From a virus (lineage: Duplodnaviria > Caudoviricetes), in IMG/VR virus record IMGVR_UViG_3300037590_000130, positions 1 to 42,241 of that record: a stretch of 42,241 nucleotides of DNA; one strand, given 5' to 3'. Below the pieces are notes generated by a model, which saw only the letters and a list, made by a program, of their open reading frames with translations, was not told the DNA's origin and searched no databases. This document shows, piece after piece, positions 1 through 8,463 of the stretch; within the stretch, counting starts at the first letter, position 1, and every line of letters begins with the position of its first letter. The translations under genes were made by a program, and so were the position numbers.

Positions 1-504
1 TCAAGATCGAGAAGCCAAAGGACGAATTACGCCATCGGCCGCCACATCATGAAACAGGCAAAGCAGACCTTCAGGCTGAAGAAGGTAGATGGCCGGTCTG
101 GGCCGGCTTCGCAAATTTGTTCCACCAAACACCCAAACCTCCTGCTCTTGCCAGGACAGGAGCGCACATTCGGTGAGCTGTATCACGGTCACGGCCGGAA
201 CTTCTCGCCCAAACACGAGCCGTTTCAGCACCTCCGGCGCCAGATAGGCCAACCGCAACTGCCTTCCCACATGGCGCTCGGCGAGGTTCACGGCGATGGC
301 CAGGTCGCGGACCGTGCTGAACTCACCTGCTTCCATCCGCCGCCGCCAGGCCCACGCGCGGCCGATGGCGCGCAAGATATGCGGATCTTGTGTGTTATCC
401 TCGCTGGGCAGGTAATCGGCGGGCGGCAGGATCTTTGGTCGCCCGTTTTTCTTGCGCAGTTTGAGGGGAACGAAGACCTGAATGGTGTCGGGCGCGGTCA
501 TCAT
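1..504 (-). CDS. Recombinase-associated hypothetical protein (HTH-like)
   Basis: Overlaps the recombinase stop by 4 nt; helical segment TVRDLAIAVNLAERHVGRQLRLAYLAP; C-terminal ~40 aa may be a non-conserved extension. Confidence 0.65.
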   Translation of the reverse strand: MMTAPDTIQVFVPLKLRKKNGRPKILPPADYLPSEDNTQDPHILRAIGRAWAWRRRMEAGEFSTVRDLAIAVNLAERHVGRQLRLAYLAPEVLKRLVFGREVPAVTVIQLTECALLSWQEQEVWVFGGTNLRSRPRPAIYLLQPEGLLCLFHDVAADGVIRPLASRS

Positions 505-1823
505 TCTGCGGCCTCAAGCTGGCGTGGGGTCATCATCTCCCGCATGACGCCCGCTATACCATCGGTCCGCAAATCGAGGGCGAGGCCTTCAGCGGTCACG
601 GTGACGCGCCGGATAAGAAGCTGAATGATGCGGGCCTGCTCGCCCGGAAAGAGCTGATCCCACAGCTTGGGGAAGTGCTGTAGGGCGTCGATGGCCTCCG
701 CCTCGGGGATATCGTCACGGTCCAGCGCGGCAATAACCTGCGCTGTGGTTTCTGGCGTGCGCAGAACGCGGCGGATTTCTGTGATCACAGCGGCCTCAAC
801 GGTGTCGGCCGGCAAACGCCTCGGGATGCCGTCCTCGGGCGTCTCCCTGTTCTTGAGAAGATCCATGGACACGTAGTAGCGATACCGGCGCGTCCCCTTC
901 TTTGTGCTAGAGGGCGTCATCGCTGCACCAGTGGCAGTGAACAGCAACCCTTTGAGCAGCGCAGGCGTTTGCGTCCGGCTGTTGTTGGCCCGCTTGCGGG
1001 GGCTTTCCCCCATGATGTCATGAACCTGATCCCAAAGCCGCGCATCGATAATGGCGTCGTGCTCGCCGGGGTAGGATTTACCTTTATGTACGGCCTCGCC
1101 ACGATAGACGCGGTTGTTCAGCAGGCGGTAGAGGTAGCCCTTATCAATCAGCGTGCCCTGCTTGTTGCGGAACCCCTCGCGGCGCAGCTCGCGGGCCAGA
1201 ACGGTGGCAGAGCCCACCGCCACAAATCGTTCAAACACCATGCGGACCTTGGCGGCTTCCTCTTCGTTCACCATCAACTTGCGGTCGACGACATCGTAGC
1301 CGAGGGGCACATAGCCGCCCATCCACATGCCCTTCATGCGTGATGCCTTGACCTTGTCGCGGATCCGCTCGGCCGTCACCTCGCGCTCGAATTGGGCGAA
1401 GCTGAGCAGGATGTTCAGCGTCAACCGCCCCATGGAGGTGGTCGTATTGAAAGACTGGGTGACAGAGACGAAGGTGACGCCGTTCCGGTCGAAGACTTCA
1501 ACCAGCTTGGAAAAGTCCATGAGCGAGCGGCTGAGACGGTCGATCTTGTAAACCACGACCACATCGACCAGCCCGTCTTCAATGTCAGTTAGCAACTGCT
1601 GAAGTCCCGGGCGTTCCAACGTGCCGCCGGAGATGCCGCCATCATCGTATTGGTCACGCACCAAGACCCAGCCTTCGGAGCGCTGGCTGGCGATGTAAGC
1701 CTCGCAGGCCTCGCGCTGAGCATGGAGCGAGTTGAACTCCTGCTCGAGGCCTTCCTCGCTCGATTTGCGGGTGTAGATGGCGCAGCGCAAGCGGCGGGCG
1801 GGTTTTATGGTCACGTCCTTCAT
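501..1823 (-). CDS. Large serine recombinase (integrase)
   Basis: CAIYTRKSS catalytic Ser motif, DDGGISGGTLERPGL, VVVYKIDRLSRS, LLSFAQFERE, recombinase domain (GYVPLGY...NRVYRG). Confidence 0.95.
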   Translation of the reverse strand: MKDVTIKPARRLRCAIYTRKSSEEGLEQEFNSLHAQREACEAYIASQRSEGWVLVRDQYDDGGISGGTLERPGLQQLLTDIEDGLVDVVVVYKIDRLSRSLMDFSKLVEVFDRNGVTFVSVTQSFNTTTSMGRLTLNILLSFAQFEREVTAERIRDKVKASRMKGMWMGGYVPLGYDVVDRKLMVNEEEAAKVRMVFERFVAVGSATVLARELRREGFRNKQGTLIDKGYLYRLLNNRVYRGEAVHKGKSYPGEHDAIIDARLWDQVHDIMGESPRKRANNSRTQTPALLKGLLFTATGAAMTPSSTKKGTRRYRYYVSMDLLKNRETPEDGIPRRLPADTVEAAVITEIRRVLRTPETTAQVIAALDRDDIPEAEAIDALQHFPKLWDQLFPGEQARIIQLLIRRVTVTAEGLALDLRTDGIAGVMREMMTPRQLEAAE

Positions 1824-2275
1824 GCTTCACCTCGCTTCCGCTCGCGCAACCCAAAGAAGCGATAGCCGTTCCAGCGGGTGCCGGTAATGGCGCGGGCAAC
1901 TGCCGAGAGCGACTTGTAGCGCTGGCCGCCCCAACCAAAGCCGTCCTTCAGCACAGTCACGGTGTGAGCAGTGCCATCCCACTCGCGAATGAGCTTGGTG
2001 CCCACCACGGGGTTACGCGGGTCAGCAATCTGGGCCTTGCGCGTGAGCGTGCCCTCGACTTCGTCGGCCAGCAGATCGAGGAGGCGACGCGTTTGTTTGT
2101 CAGGGCCGCCATAGGTCAGCTCCTGGATCCGGTAAGCCAGGCGGCTTTCCAGAAACGGGCGACTGTTATTGGGGGCGGGCGCATCAAACAGCACCTGCCA
2201 TTCGGTCTTCAGGTCATTGACCGACATGGCTTTCAACGCAGCCAAGCGCGCCAGGATGGGGTCTTGTGTGGTCAT
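1820..2275 (-). CDS. DUF2924-like protein
   Basis: LAYRIQELTYGG and GTKLIREWDG...YKSLSAVARAITGTRWNGYRFFGL motifs; 4-nt overlap with the recombinase. Confidence 0.85.
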   Translation of the reverse strand: MTTQDPILARLAALKAMSVNDLKTEWQVLFDAPAPNNSRPFLESRLAYRIQELTYGGPDKQTRRLLDLLADEVEGTLTRKAQIADPRNPVVGTKLIREWDGTAHTVTVLKDGFGWGGQRYKSLSAVARAITGTRWNGYRFFGLRERKRGEA

Positions 2276-2475
2276 GCAGATCTCCTCTGAGTTGGAGCTG
2301 CAGTACCGCTCTGTTTGCGCGGGAAGTGTAGCGAACGGTCTCCAGTATTCTGGGATAGATCGACGCGATCGCGGCTCGTGAGGCGCACGACGGCCGTGGC
2401 CAGCAGGCCATAGAGTTCGCTACGGCGCTCATGCGCCGTCATGCGGTCGGGGTGAAGCGGGTTGGGACGGTTCAT
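2272..2475 (-). CDS. Small hypothetical protein (67 aa), first gene of the recombinase operon
   Basis: ATG at 2475 preceded by GGAGA; 4-nt overlap with the DUF2924 gene; start trimmed from ORF 2272..2589. Confidence 0.6.
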   Translation of the reverse strand: MNRPNPLHPDRMTAHERRSELYGLLATAVVRLTSRDRVDLSQNTGDRSLHFPRKQSGTAAPTQRRSA

Positions 2476-2513
2476 AGTGGTCTCCGTTACTTGCCCGCGC
2501 AGTGGCTGCGGGA

Positions 2514-2554
2514 TCTGAAACGGAAAAGCCGTGCAATCGGCCCTTATGGGACAT
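2514..2554 (-). promoter_or_regulatory. Leftward copy of motif ATGTCCCAT-N15-GGCTTTYCC-N2-TTCAGA (putative phage sigma-dependent promoter)
   Basis: 28/41 identity with identical spacing to 4538-4578; about 40 nt upstream of ATG 2475. Confidence 0.6.
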
Positions 2555-2697
2555 GGGCTTAAGAAAAGAATGCCGGATGACTGGCACACGCGAGTTTTCT
2601 CGATGTTGGCGAAAAAATTTCACCAAGCCATAGGACGTATTTGACTGGGGGGTTAATATACTTGTTATACGCCTTACGTTTCCTCTAAGTTACATAC

Positions 2698-2769
2698 GTC
2701 TACTTCAGGAGACGAATGCGACTTGTGCCCCAAGACACTTGCGTCATTACCCCAGAGACATATATGTCT
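2698..2769. repeat. 23-bp-phased GAC-N6-G(T/A)C array (operator/iteron-like)
   Basis: AGAC at 2710, 2733, 2756; last unit AGACATATATGTCT is a perfect palindrome; AT-rich intergenic context. Confidence 0.55.
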
Positions 2770-2829
2770 TCTTTGCACATCTTGCGCGAGGCATCATCTG
2801 GCGTCATTTACAGGGCAAGGAGAACACAC

Positions 2830-3351
2830 ATGACCGAGCAGAATCAAGTTGAAAACCAGGGCGAAGCGACCTCGCCCGAAAAGAAGAAGCGCAAGTCTGC
2901 TATCGCGGCGAAGTGGGGTGATAAGGTGATCGCGCAAGGATATTGTGCTGTGCCGTCTCTGCTACTGCGCGCACAGAAACGTTTGAAGCTGAACCCCTCG
3001 CAGTTGGCAGTCTTACTGCAGATCGTCGACCACTGGTGGGACGCCGATCGTAAACCCTATCCCAGCAAGGCGGAGCTTTCCGACCGTCTCGGGATCAGCG
3101 AACGCCAAGTACAGCGTTACATCGGCGATCTCGAGAAAGAGGGCCTTCTAGAACGTATCCCGCACTATGGGTTCTCCGGTGGTCGGGAGAATAACCGCTA
3201 CGACCTCCAAGGCCTGGTAAACCGCCTCGCAGAGATAGAACCGGATTTCCGTGATGCCCGCGAGCACAGCAAGCAGCGGCGCAAGGCTGCAGCAATGCCT
3301 GGCTTGAAGAACCGCCGGAAGTCGAGCGCGAAGGCCGACAGCGCCGCCTAA
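2830..3351 (+). CDS. Winged HTH DNA-binding protein (HTH_36 / replication-initiator N-terminal-like)
   Basis: YPSKAELSDRLGISERQVQRYIGDLEKEGLLER...NRYDL; SD AAGGAG before ATG 2830. Confidence 0.8.
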   Translation: MTEQNQVENQGEATSPEKKKRKSAIAAKWGDKVIAQGYCAVPSLLLRAQKRLKLNPSQLAVLLQIVDHWWDADRKPYPSKAELSDRLGISERQVQRYIGDLEKEGLLERIPHYGFSGGRENNRYDLQGLVNRLAEIEPDFRDAREHSKQRRKAAAMPGLKNRRKSSAKADSAA

Positions 3352-3462
3352 CGCCGACTGAGTTCAACCGACCTCAAAAATTCACCACGGAACAGCGCCC
3401 GTCGCTGCTCCGGACAATCCCCCTCGTCCTGATGACGCCAAACCCGAGAAGGAGCGCGACGC

Positions 3463-3702
3463 ATGAACCTCAACTGTAAACCTGGCTACGGCCACCCTGA
3501 CAAACGCAACTGCCAGCGGGCAGACGTGGACGCTCCTGCATTCACGCTTGAGTGGCGGTGCCAGGACTGTGGGAAGCTTCTGGGCAAGGGTAATGGCTTC
3601 CAGATGCATATTCGCCGGAAGCCTGCTGAATTCCTCGCCAGCTTCCCGATCACCGCAAAGTGCCCCGGCTGTGGCGCGCTCAACGTGATGGACAAGAACT
3701 AA
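3463..3702 (+). CDS. Mu Com-like zinc-finger protein
   Basis: WRCQDCGKLL...AKCPGCGALN, two CxxC knuckles; SD AAGGAG upstream. Confidence 0.7.
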   Translation: MNLNCKPGYGHPDKRNCQRADVDAPAFTLEWRCQDCGKLLGKGNGFQMHIRRKPAEFLASFPITAKCPGCGALNVMDKN

Positions 3703-3810
3703 GCGCACGGCAACGCGCGCTCCCAACTCTCCCCGAAAACACAGAGGTGCATGACGCCCTGACTTGGCCACTAGGAGGCGCTGGACGCCCGGCCGTCAGG
3801 CAGGCGTCCA

Positions 3811-4533
3811 ATGACCTCAACGTGGCACGGGATCCGTGATCACCTCGTCCGTTCTTCCAGCACGCTGGAATTTCAACGTAACTTTCAAACCATCCGTGGC
3901 TCGAGCAAGGCGCTTACGCCTTTCAGAGATCCCGCCGCACTGCTGGATGCACTGCATCAAAGCAAGGCTCCCTCCGGCCGTAAAAATGCCCTGCTGACCG
4001 CCTTGGTTGCTGCGTCACAAAGCGAGGGGGCGGCGGCGGATACTGCCTTGACGGTCATGCTATTGGCGCTTTGGCCAGCATTTGACGCAGTCCGACGCAG
4101 ATCATTGTCGCGCCGGCTGGGCACCGTCGAAGACATCACGTCTGAGGTGCTCGCTCGGGCGACCACCGCTATCCGTGATTTGGATCTCCAACGGGTCACG
4201 TGGATAGCAGCGACCATCCAGCGCAACATCGAACGCGATATGATCCGCGCGCGAAAGCGTGAAGTGCTGTGGGATCGCGAGGTCGCTGAAGAATATCGCG
4301 TTACTTGCGAAGGTAGCGTCAGCGACGCGCCGGCTGCAGCCAGCAAAATATTGCTCCGCAATGACCTAGTCGAACTAATCGGTGCGGATGCGGCCCTTGT
4401 GATCCGCGTGGCGATAGACGGCTTCACGCAGGCTGAGGCGGCGGCGGAACTCGGCATCCCGATGGAGGCTGCGCGCAAGCGCTATCAGCGCGCGATGAAG
4501 CGGCTCCGCTATGCCTTCGAAAAAATCGACTGA
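3811..4533 (+). CDS. Sigma-70/ECF-like phage transcription factor
   Basis: C-terminal region-4 HTH DGFTQAEAAAELGIPMEAARKRYQRAMKRL; region-2-like helical middle. Confidence 0.75.
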   Translation: MTSTWHGIRDHLVRSSSTLEFQRNFQTIRGSSKALTPFRDPAALLDALHQSKAPSGRKNALLTALVAASQSEGAAADTALTVMLLALWPAFDAVRRRSLSRRLGTVEDITSEVLARATTAIRDLDLQRVTWIAATIQRNIERDMIRARKREVLWDREVAEEYRVTCEGSVSDAPAAASKILLRNDLVELIGADAALVIRVAIDGFTQAEAAAELGIPMEAARKRYQRAMKRLRYAFEKID

Positions 4534-4537
4534 CCCG

Positions 4538-4578
4538 ATGTCCCATGCGGGCCCGGCCGTTGGCTTTCCCCATTCAGA
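4538..4578 (+). promoter_or_regulatory. Rightward copy of the bipartite motif, upstream of the replication operon
   Basis: ATGTCCCAT gcGGGCC... GGCTTTCCC ca TTCAGA; inverted counterpart at 2514-2554; about 40 nt upstream of ATG 4619. Confidence 0.6.
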
Positions 4579-4618
4579 CGCCACCGCGCGTCCCAACCAA
4601 AACGGAAAGACAACACGC

Positions 4619-4816
4619 ATGAAACATGATGCCGACTTGCCGCTTGAGGATCTGAAACGGCTCCCAGGGCTCTACCGCCGCTGGGAACTGACCGAGGTCT
4701 TCGAGCCGCATCGCAACTACCAGATTGAGGATGCCGGTACGCACGCCGACGGCACGCCGCTTCTGGCTATCTACGTCAGCGATCCCATGGCCGATGCCCA
4801 AGGGGAGGTGCGCTGA
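4619..4816 (+). CDS. Small hypothetical protein (65 aa)
   Basis: ATG 4619 within ORF 4511..4816; TGATG coupling to the next gene. Confidence 0.65.
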   Translation: MKHDADLPLEDLKRLPGLYRRWELTEVFEPHRNYQIEDAGTHADGTPLLAIYVSDPMADAQGEVR

Positions 4817-5706
4817 TGACCCTCCCGATCATTTCTGCAGATGAGCGCCTTGCTCAAAGAAAGGGCATCAAAGGGTGCATTTTCGGGCGCTCGGGAGAGG
4901 GCAAAACCAGCCTTCTTTGGACGTTGAACGCGACGACAACGCTCTTCATGGACCTCGAAGCTGGGGATCTGGCGGTCGAGGGATGGGAGGGTGACACCCT
5001 GCGCCCCCGCACCTGGAAAGAGTGCCGCGATTTTGCCGTCTTCATCGGCGGTCCCAACCCGGCGCTGCGCGATGACCAGCCCTATAGCCAGGCGCATTTC
5101 GACGAGGTGTGCAGCCGGTATGGTGATCCTGCAAGTTTGAAAAAATACCACACGGTCTTCATCGACTCTATCACCGTGGCGGGACGGCTCTGCTTTCAGT
5201 GGTGCCGCGGGCAGCCAGAGGCGACATCCGACAAAACGGGCAAGCCCGACATTCGGGGTGCTTACGGCCTGCATGGCCGCGAGATGATCGGATGGCTGAC
5301 CCATCTTCAGCACACGCGCGGCAAGCACGTCTGGTTTGTCGGCATCCTTGATGAAAAGCTCGATGACTTTAATCGCAAAGTTTTTCAGCCCCAAATCGAT
5401 GGCGCAAAAACCGGGCTCGAACTGCCGGGCATCGTCGACCAGGTCATCACGCTGGCGGCTATTCCTGATGCGTCTGGCCAACTTCAGCGGGCCTTTGTCT
5501 GCCAGACACTGAACCCCTGGAGCTATCCGGCCAAGGACCGTTCGGGTCGGCTCGACATGGTCGAAGCCCCTCATCTCGGCAGGCTTATGGAGAAGATCCA
5601 GAGTCCAGGCCGGCCCGCGCCTCAGCGCCTGAATTACCCCGAGATCGACATCGAGGTGCCTCCGGCGCCGGTGTCGACCTCTCCCTTTAATCCCAGCACC
5701 AACTGA
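4816..5706 (+). CDS. AAA_24 / Sak4-like ATPase (recombination/annealing)
   Basis: Walker A GRSGEGKT, Walker B VFIDSIT, AKDRSG motif; adjacent to an SSB-like gene. Confidence 0.85.
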   Translation: MTLPIISADERLAQRKGIKGCIFGRSGEGKTSLLWTLNATTTLFMDLEAGDLAVEGWEGDTLRPRTWKECRDFAVFIGGPNPALRDDQPYSQAHFDEVCSRYGDPASLKKYHTVFIDSITVAGRLCFQWCRGQPEATSDKTGKPDIRGAYGLHGREMIGWLTHLQHTRGKHVWFVGILDEKLDDFNRKVFQPQIDGAKTGLELPGIVDQVITLAAIPDASGQLQRAFVCQTLNPWSYPAKDRSGRLDMVEAPHLGRLMEKIQSPGRPAPQRLNYPEIDIEVPPAPVSTSPFNPSTN

Positions 5707-5719
5707 AAGGAGCGGCGCC

Positions 5720-6340
5720 ATGTCCGGACTCTGGAACGACTTCAACTCCGCGCAATCCAACACCAACGTCATCCCGAAGGGCACGCTTGCCAAGGTGCAC
5801 ATGACCCTGCGCCCCGGTGGCTTCGATGATGCGAGCCAGGGGTGGACGGGAGGCTATGCTAAGCGCGGCACCACGGGGTCTGTCTATCTCGACGCCGAGT
5901 TCACGGTTCTCGACGGGCCATATGCCAAGCGGAAGATCTGGTCGCTGATCGGACTCTATAGTCCCAACGGCCCGAATTGGGCCAATATGGGGCGCGGCCT
6001 GCTCCGCGGTATTTTGAACTCCGCGCGGGGCATTTCCGACAAGGACAATTCGCCCGAGGCCCAGGCCAAACGTCGGATCAATGGCTTTGTCGACCTCGAT
6101 GGGCTGGAGTTCGTGGCCCGCATTGATATCGGCAAGGATACCAACGGCGAGGAAAAGAACGAAATCCGCGCGGCCGTGACACCGGACCACCGGGATTACG
6201 CCACGCTGATGGGGGTAATCGCGCCTCAATATACGGCCCCGTCGGCACCGGGACACACGCATTCGCAAGCCCCCTCCGGTCAACAGAACACCCAGCCTTC
6301 GGCCATCCCCGGCACTGCCGGGCGGCCGAGTTGGGCGTGA
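5720..6340 (+). CDS. Phage ssDNA-binding-like protein (DUF669-like)
   Basis: IPKGT...YLDAEFTVLDGPYAKRKIW; flexible tail ending RPSWA; follows the Sak4-like gene. Confidence 0.65.
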   Translation: MSGLWNDFNSAQSNTNVIPKGTLAKVHMTLRPGGFDDASQGWTGGYAKRGTTGSVYLDAEFTVLDGPYAKRKIWSLIGLYSPNGPNWANMGRGLLRGILNSARGISDKDNSPEAQAKRRINGFVDLDGLEFVARIDIGKDTNGEEKNEIRAAVTPDHRDYATLMGVIAPQYTAPSAPGHTHSQAPSGQQNTQPSAIPGTAGRPSWA

Positions 6341-6358
6341 GTGCGGGGAGGTACGGTC

Positions 6359-8044
6359 ATGCGCCTGCGTCCCCGTCAGAAGGCCTTTGTTGAGCGCAGC
6401 GTGTCTGCGCTCAACGCCCGCCGCAACACGCTTGGGGTGGCTCCCACCGGTGCGGGCAAGACGATCATGCTCTCGGCGGTCACCGGCGAGAGCATCAAGG
6501 ATAGCGATGCCAAGGTTTGCATTCTGGCGCATCGGGATGAGCTGACAGCGCAGAACCGTGCGAAGTTCGAACGCGTGGTGCCGAATGTCTGCACCTCCGT
6601 CGTAGACGCCTACGAGAAGTCCTGGGGCGGCCAGGTCACTTTCGCAATGGTTCCGACCTTGGCGCGGTCCTCGAACCTCGACGGTATGCCGCGTCTGGAT
6701 CTCCTCGTTATCGATGAGGCACATCATGCGGTCGCGGCAAGTTACCGGCGCATCATCGATCGCGTCCGCGACGCCAATCCAGATGCGCGCGTGTTTGGCG
6801 TGACGGCAACGCCCAATCGGGGTGATCGTAAAGGATTGCGTGAGGTCTTCGATAATGTCGCCGACCAGATCAGCTTGGGAGAATTGATCGCCTCGGGCCA
6901 TCTCGTACCGCCGCGCACCTTCGTCATCGACGTTGGCGTGCAGGACGAACTGAAATCGGTCCGAAAGACATCCTCGGATTTCGACATGTCCGAGGTTGCC
7001 AACATCATGGACCGCGCCCCCGTGACCGAGGAGGTGATCCGCCACTGGAAGGAAAAGGCGGGCGACCGGCAGACGGTGATCTTTTGTTCCACCGTCGAGC
7101 ATGCTGCGCATGTACGCGATGCCTTCCAGGCCGCAGGCATCTCTGCAGCACTGATCCATGGGGAAATGCCTTCTGAGACCCGCAAGTCCGTCTTGGCTGA
7201 TTACGCGGGCGGTAAGATCAGGGTCATTGTCAACGTGGCTGTATTGACGGAGGGCTGGGACCACCCGCCCACCTCCTGTGTCGTGTTGCTGCGACCGAGT
7301 TCCTACAAGTCAACCATGATCCAGATGGTCGGACGTGGGCTGCGCACGGTCGATCCTGAGGAATTCCCAGGCGTCGTAAAGACCGATTGCATCGTTCTGG
7401 ATTTCGGCACCTCGAGCCTGATCCACGGTACGCTGGAGCAGGATGTCGATCTGGACGGGAAGACTAGCTCTGGTGAGGCGCCGACAAAGGCCTGTCCGTC
7501 CTGTGGAGCAGATATTCCTCTGGCCAGCAGCGAATGCCCCATCTGCGGCCATGCCTTCGACGAGGAGGAAGGTGGGTCCGGGGTCACAGCAACGCCCCTC
7601 TCGGGGTTCCTTATGACCGAGATCGACCTTCTGAAACGCTCAAGTTTCGAATGGGTCGACCTTTTCGACTCCGAGGAAGCGCTCATGGCCACCGGCTTCA
7701 ACGCCTGGGGCGGTATCTTCTGGTTCGAGGGTCAGTGGTACGCGGTCGGTGGCCGGAAGAACGCGGCGACACGTCTTCTGGGCATCGGCGAACGCTCCGT
7801 GTGCCTCGCTCAAGCCGATGACTGGCTGAACGAGCATGAGACCGACGAAAGCGCGTTCAAAACGCGTGGCTGGCTGAACCAGCCCGCCACTGAAAAGCAG
7901 CTCAAGTACCTCTCGCCTGAGGCACGGAGCGATTTTGGCCTTACGCGCTACAAAGCCTCGGCTTTGATGACCTTTGGCTTCAACAGGCGCGATATCGGCC
8001 GTTTGGTTGAAGCAGCTGCCAGCGTTGGTCGGAGGGCAGCGTGA
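6359..8044 (+). CDS. SF2 DEAH helicase with zinc ribbon
   Basis: APTGAGKT, IDEAHH, TATPNR, QMVGRGLR, CPSC...CPIC; SD GGGGAGG before ATG 6359. Confidence 0.93.
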   Translation: MRLRPRQKAFVERSVSALNARRNTLGVAPTGAGKTIMLSAVTGESIKDSDAKVCILAHRDELTAQNRAKFERVVPNVCTSVVDAYEKSWGGQVTFAMVPTLARSSNLDGMPRLDLLVIDEAHHAVAASYRRIIDRVRDANPDARVFGVTATPNRGDRKGLREVFDNVADQISLGELIASGHLVPPRTFVIDVGVQDELKSVRKTSSDFDMSEVANIMDRAPVTEEVIRHWKEKAGDRQTVIFCSTVEHAAHVRDAFQAAGISAALIHGEMPSETRKSVLADYAGGKIRVIVNVAVLTEGWDHPPTSCVVLLRPSSYKSTMIQMVGRGLRTVDPEEFPGVVKTDCIVLDFGTSSLIHGTLEQDVDLDGKTSSGEAPTKACPSCGADIPLASSECPICGHAFDEEEGGSGVTATPLSGFLMTEIDLLKRSSFEWVDLFDSEEALMATGFNAWGGIFWFEGQWYAVGGRKNAATRLLGIGERSVCLAQADDWLNEHETDESAFKTRGWLNQPATEKQLKYLSPEARSDFGLTRYKASALMTFGFNRRDIGRLVEAAASVGRRAA

Positions 8045-8463
8045 TCCATGTCCCATGCACCCCGTCCGCGCCCACGCTGGCTGCTGATCGCCCGGATTTC
8101 CGGCTTTGGCATCCGCGTTTCATGCCCTGTGCCGTCTGTCTGCGCCCCGCGCGAGGCTTCGGCTTCTTCGACCCCAACAAACCGCGCCCGCGAGACCACC
8201 GCTGGTTCTGCTCCATGCTTTGCCAGGGGTTCTTCGCCACGCGCGCTCGAAAAGGACTGAAAATGCAAGGAATGATCGAAGAAGAACAGGTGGCCATCGC
8301 GCAAGTGATGAAACGTCTCGGCACGGCCATGGATGAGATCGGCTGGCAGACGCGGCTGTGTGACCTGAGCCAAGCCGACGTGACGTTTTTGATCGGTGAA
8401 GTACTGGAAGGCTACGGCTCCGCAATGTCGCGCCTCGCGAAGTCCCAGGAGGTTCCGTTTTGA
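8041..8463 (+). CDS. Zn-binding / DUF6511-like hypothetical protein
   Basis: CAVC...FCSMLC in the N-half; ends EVPF; possible internal start at 8263 with AAGGA. Confidence 0.6.
   Translation: MIHVPCTPSAPTLAADRPDFRLWHPRFMPCAVCLRPARGFGFFDPNKPRPRDHRWFCSMLCQGFFATRARKGLKMQGMIEEEQVAIAQVMKRLGTAMDEIGWQTRLCDLSQADVTFLIGEVLEGYGSAMSRLAKSQEVPF

Noticed and set aside
1-130. attL site or tRNA at the left edge
   Set aside because: No tRNA fold and no repeat shared with the right end could be seen; flanking sequence is needed
5687-7264. 525-aa antisense ORF (likewise 13134..14483, 31883..33454, 36809..37876, 30371..31501)
   Set aside because: Shadow ORFs opposite well-supported genes in GC-rich DNA; no recognisable motifs
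8048-8056. Third ATGTCCCAT as another sigma-motif copy
   Set aside because: Lacks the GGCTTTYCC/TTCAGA half and lies in coding sequence
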